Source of the DNA: the human T2T-CHM13v2.0 reference genome, Homo sapiens
Assembly (NCBI RefSeq): GCF_009914755.1
Contig: NC_060947.1
DNA: 64,000 nt
Reading direction: 5' to 3' (one strand)
Shown piece by piece: positions 59,421 to 64,000 of the stretch (position 1 is its first letter; each line of letters begins with the position of its first letter). The translations under genes were made by a program, and so were the position numbers. Below the pieces are notes generated by a model, which had not been told where the DNA came from, searched no databases, and worked only from the letters and a program-made list of their open reading frames with translations.

Positions 59421-59750
59421 ACTGTTAAAGGGCTCCTCAGGCACTGCAGGCATAGAAGCTCCTTTCTTTCCCAGTGCTTCTCTTATAGCGATTACAATGT
59501 TTTAAAAATGTGTCTTCCAGACAAATACAGTACAATCCAACATGTTTGAGGTTCTACAGTTAACAGATTGTATAATTAATAATCTGGGTGGGAATGTTAA
59601 TCAGGAATGAAATACAATTTAAAAATTAACAAAGTAATGAGTCAGAGGCTATATTGATAGAAGCACTTTTTAAGGAATAGCATTCCCTGGCCCAAGGGCT
59701 TAGTTGATTGAAAATTTTATCTATTATTGCTAAATTTTAAATCAAAATAT

Positions 59751-60091
<341 letters not shown>

Positions 60092-60211
60092 TCATGTTTT
60101 CAAGGATTCTCTAAAACCTACAATATTATCAATTACATATTCACAAATAATTACTGAATACAATATGGTATGTGGTAAAGTACAAAGGAGTACTGTGGCC
60201 ATTTGTGATAA

Positions 60212-60546
<335 letters not shown>

Positions 60547-61039
60547 AGATAAGGTATATTTTTATTCCTTTTATTTTTACTCAACTCCTATGGTGCCACA
60601 AAATCCTATATTAAGCAGTATAATTGAAAAGAAAAAGAAAACAATAGCACAATGATTATAAAGAAAATAGCCTGAGTTAACTTCATTTGTGTCACTCCTA
60701 AAGCAGTGGATCAGATGTCAATGTTTATTATCATTCACTAATTACATTTATGAATAATTTTTAAAAGTAAAGGAAAAGACTGGCTGTTTTAACTAACATA
60801 ATAGAAACTGTTGCTGGATTTTCTGTTGAAGGTATATTTTGAAGTGAGTTTTATTAAGTATAACTCGCATGTAAAATTCAAAAGAAAAATTAAATACATA
60901 AATAAAATGTGTCTTCCTCCACTAAAAGAGTAGGACACATCGCAGAAGCCGATAAATATTTGTTCAATGTTTACATGAACAAACACGGTCACTCAGCCGT
61001 CTTTATTTTCAGTGAGTCATAGGTAAAATATTCTTCACC

Positions 61040-61780
61040 AGGCGAGGATTGAGTCGCAGTCGCGTCAGGAACTCGCCTCCAGGTACTGAGCGAGCGAGCC
61101 CCGACGGCCGCGGTGGGTGGAGGGGGGAAAGTGGGGGAGAGTGGGGCGGGAGTAGAGGGAGAGCGAGGGAGGGAGCCTCACCCCCGGGACGCTTTCTGCG
61201 CACGCGCATCTCGGTGCATCTGTTGGGCGGGACCGCGGGGCCTGTGACACCGCACGCTGAGCTCTGTGATGTAGCCGCTTGCGGAGACTGCAAGCAGCCG
61301 CGGCGCGCCCGGCCCTCCCTCTTCCGCTGCCGCCGTGGGAATGGAAACATCTGCCCCACGTGCCGGAAGCCAAGTGGTGGCGACAACTGCGCGCCACTCC
61401 GCGGCCTACCGCGCAGATCCTCTACGTGTGTCCTCGCGAGACAAGCTCACCGAAATGGCCGCGTCCAGTCAAGGTAAGGGCGGGCGCGCGCGCGGCCGGC
61501 GCCGCGGGGAGCCGCCTTCCTGGGCTCCGGAAGGGGAAGGGCTCCGCGCCCGCCAGTCGCGACCGAGCTCCCCGGGGAGTCCAAGCGGCGCGGGGACGGG
61601 GAGGGCGCTCGGGGATCGCCCCTGGCTCAGCCGCTCCCAGGGTCCGGCCAAGGTCACGCGCGTGTCTGGGGCCTAACCACCCTGGGGTGTCGTCTCCAGT
61701 GGAGCTCACCCAGCCTTCCGGCGCCGCCCCCGGCGCAGAAGCCCGAAGACATTCTGTCCCCGTTCTCGGAAGCGGTCTGG
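61040..61780. promoter_or_regulatory. FUNDC2: CpG island / FUNDC2 promoter, head-to-head with F8
   Basis: Very high GC and CpG density; GC boxes (GGGGCGGG); TGCGCACGCGCA NRF1-like motif near 61197; CTTCCG ETS motif. Confidence 0.93.
61341..61473 (+). CDS. FUNDC2: FUN14 domain-containing protein 2, first coding exon ([44 protein letters not shown])
   Basis: Recognisable FUNDC2 N-terminus; strong donor CAAG|gtaagg at 61474; further exons lie outside the window. Confidence 0.95.
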
Positions 61781-62442
61781 CTTCTTTGTCCCTTTGGACG
61801 TTCATCTCAAATGCCTCGTGGCGTCATTCTGTGTACAAGGCACCTCCCCAACTGCTTTATTGTTGGTTTTGAAAAACTAGCACATATGGGATGGTACTTA
61901 GGAATAGCCTTCTGTTTAGTCGGCATAGTCAAAGATTCCGTGTAATTCGCAGTGGAGCACGTCTTTAAGTTATGCGTCTTACCCTATTTTGAATGTTTAG
62001 GTTGTATTTAATTTAGTACTGACTCACGGGATCCCATTGCTAAACAGAGCCATCATTGAAAACTCAATCATATAAACGTAAAATTACGTAAATTATGTTA
62101 AAAACAAAGGCAGTGAAAATACTAAAAACTCATCACTTTTATTATTTACCATGTTTTATTGTTACTTTACTTTTGAGGTTATTTATACATCTATTGTATC
62201 TTTGTGGAGGAGATACTATACTATGGTGCTCTACTGTGCGTCTCTTCCCATCTCTGGGTTCAGTAGTTTCACAATTCAGTAATGTCATGCTCACGATGAA
62301 TGAATACGCAATGGAAATTGGCTACACTACAAATCAGCCCTTGCCTAAAGCCGACTGTTAAGCATTTCACCAGCACGCCGCTAAATTTTAGATGACTCTG
62401 GGAAGGTGGAATGTGCAATGTGATAATTATGTATTTTCCTGC

Positions 62443-62520
62443 AGAGCAGACTGCTCTTATAGACTTTTATAAGAGCAGACTGCTCTTATAGACTTTTATA
62501 AGAGCAGACTGCTCTTATAG
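62443..62520. repeat. 29-bp tandem repeat x2.7 with an internal palindrome
   Basis: Unit agagcagactgctcttatagacttttata repeated perfectly. Confidence 0.95.
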
Positions 62521-63334
62521 GTTGATCAGGTATTTGCACCTAGGAAATTGTTGTGAGAAATTTTGAGGTTAAGATGAGTTTCAATTGTTATCACAGTGAT
62601 GATCACATAATAACTGTGATCATTGATTTTGTGGGCTCATAAACGAAGCTATTGGCTGACTTTTGTCTGTCATAGTGCTTAGCAGTGTTTGACCAATGAC
62701 TGACCAAATATCTCGCATTTAATCTACCTTCCCCCCTACTCCCTTTTTTAGGGACTAGATCTGTCATTCAGGCTACAGCACAGTGGCACAATCATAGCTC
62801 ACTGCAGCCCCAGTGGAGCCACCTGTTGATCTAAGGGGCTTGGTCAAATTACGTTAAAACTGTAATGTTTTGTTGTTACATTAGAAAAATAAATTATTTA
62901 ACTACTTGAGAGGCCATGGAGTACCCAGGTACTCAGACATCCATATTTTGTTCTGCTAAATGGGCGTCTGTGATGTATCCTGAATGAATTCTTGAATTAT
63001 ATTTTGTGTATGGTTTAAGGTAGAGGTTGAGAGTAGTTTTTTTTGAAACACAAATATATAGTAGTTCTAACATCATTTGTTGTTTCCTTCATTGAGTTAC
63101 CTTGGTGCTAAGTTATTAAAAATCAAATGACTATATGTGTGGATCTATTTCTGGATTCTGGATTCTCTTCCATTGCTATATTTGGGTATCCTTGGGTCAG
63201 TTTGACAGTGTTGAATGTCATTGCTTTATAAGCCTTGAAATTAAGATAGTTGTATATTATACTGTAGCTTTATAATGAGCCTTGAAATTCCTTGAACCCT
63301 CCTCTTTCCCTTGCCCGCCTCCGCCCCCAGGATT

Positions 63335-63805
63335 ATTGTGGCAGTTTGTATTTTCCTGATTGCAGCAATATTTTCCATTCCTTATGGTCTTTTTCCTAGT
63401 GACTTTGACACTCCTCCCACCCAGGGGTGGGATCTATATTCCCTCTTCATGAATCTGGATGGGAGTTTGTGACTGACTGCCTGTTCCTACAGAATGCAGT
63501 GGAAGTTAACACTGCATTTGCTCTCTCCCTTTCTTGGGACTTTCACCTCCTGAACTCAGCTCCTATGCTGTAAGGAAGCCTAGACTGACTCACATAGAGT
63601 AGCAGCCTATCTATCTGTGTGAGTGTAGAGTCTTCAGACCCAGCCTGTAAGTCTTCTGGCTAAAGCCTCAGACATGAAACAAAGACAAACCACAGTGCTG
63701 TGGCTGAATTCCTGATCCACAAAATCTGAGAGCATAATATATGATTGTTTTGCTTCATGAAGTTTTGGAGTAATTTGTAGTACAGCCGAAGTAACTGGAA
63801 CACTG
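63335..63805 (+). mobile_element. MLT1 LTR
   Basis: gtgactttgacactcctcccac; gctgaattcctgatccacaaaatc. Confidence 0.7.
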
Positions 63806-63874
63806 CTGGGTTTTTTTGTATCTTCATATGAATTTTAGAACCAGTTTGTCAATTACATAAAAACCTACTTTTTT

Positions 63875-64000
63875 GCCGGGCGTGGTGGCTCACTCCTGTA
63901 ATCCCAGCACTTTGGGAGGCTGAGGCAGGCGGATCACCTGAGGTCGGGAGTTTGAGATCAGCCTGACCAACATGGAGAAACCCCGTCTCTACTAAAAATA
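63875..64000 (+). mobile_element. AluSp-like, truncated by the window end
   Basis: gaggtcgggagttt...ctgaccaacatggagaaa. Confidence 0.88.

Noticed and set aside
61009-61872. Long overlapping Arg/Gly/Pro-rich ORFs (up to 197 aa)
   Set aside because: Expected from stop-codon scarcity in a CpG island; only the FUNDC2 frame to 61473 is supported
62443-62520. CRISPR-like palindromic 29-bp repeats
   Set aside because: No unique spacers, no cas genes, human intron; it is a simple tandem repeat

Overview
Human Xq28 genomic DNA. It contains the 5' part of coagulation factor VIII (F8) on the minus strand: promoter, 5'UTR and coding exons 1-9, all with canonical GT-AG junctions and an intact frame covering the signal peptide, A1, acidic a1 and the start of A2. 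About 4.2 kb upstream, head-to-head, lie the CpG-island promoter and first coding exon of FUNDC2 on the plus strand. The rest is intron or intergenic DNA dominated by L1, Alu, L2, MaLR/ERVL LTR and DNA-transposon remnants, and nearly all other ORFs in the track are repeat-derived noise. F8 intron 1 contains the int1h-1 region involved in the haemophilia A intron-1 inversion. This is a well-studied locus and I see no new protein-coding system. The best leads are: a phased GC-box, CpG-rich promoter-like segment upstream of int1h-1 and its tandem poly(A) signals (possible nested transcript); several near-identical locally templated duplications about 1 kb from their donors; a candidate 16-nt poison micro-exon in intron 2; a uORF in the F8 leader; and young retrotransposon insertions (twin-primed L1PA2, truncated AluYb8-type). 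Repeat family names come from recalled consensus sequences and repeat boundaries are approximate.
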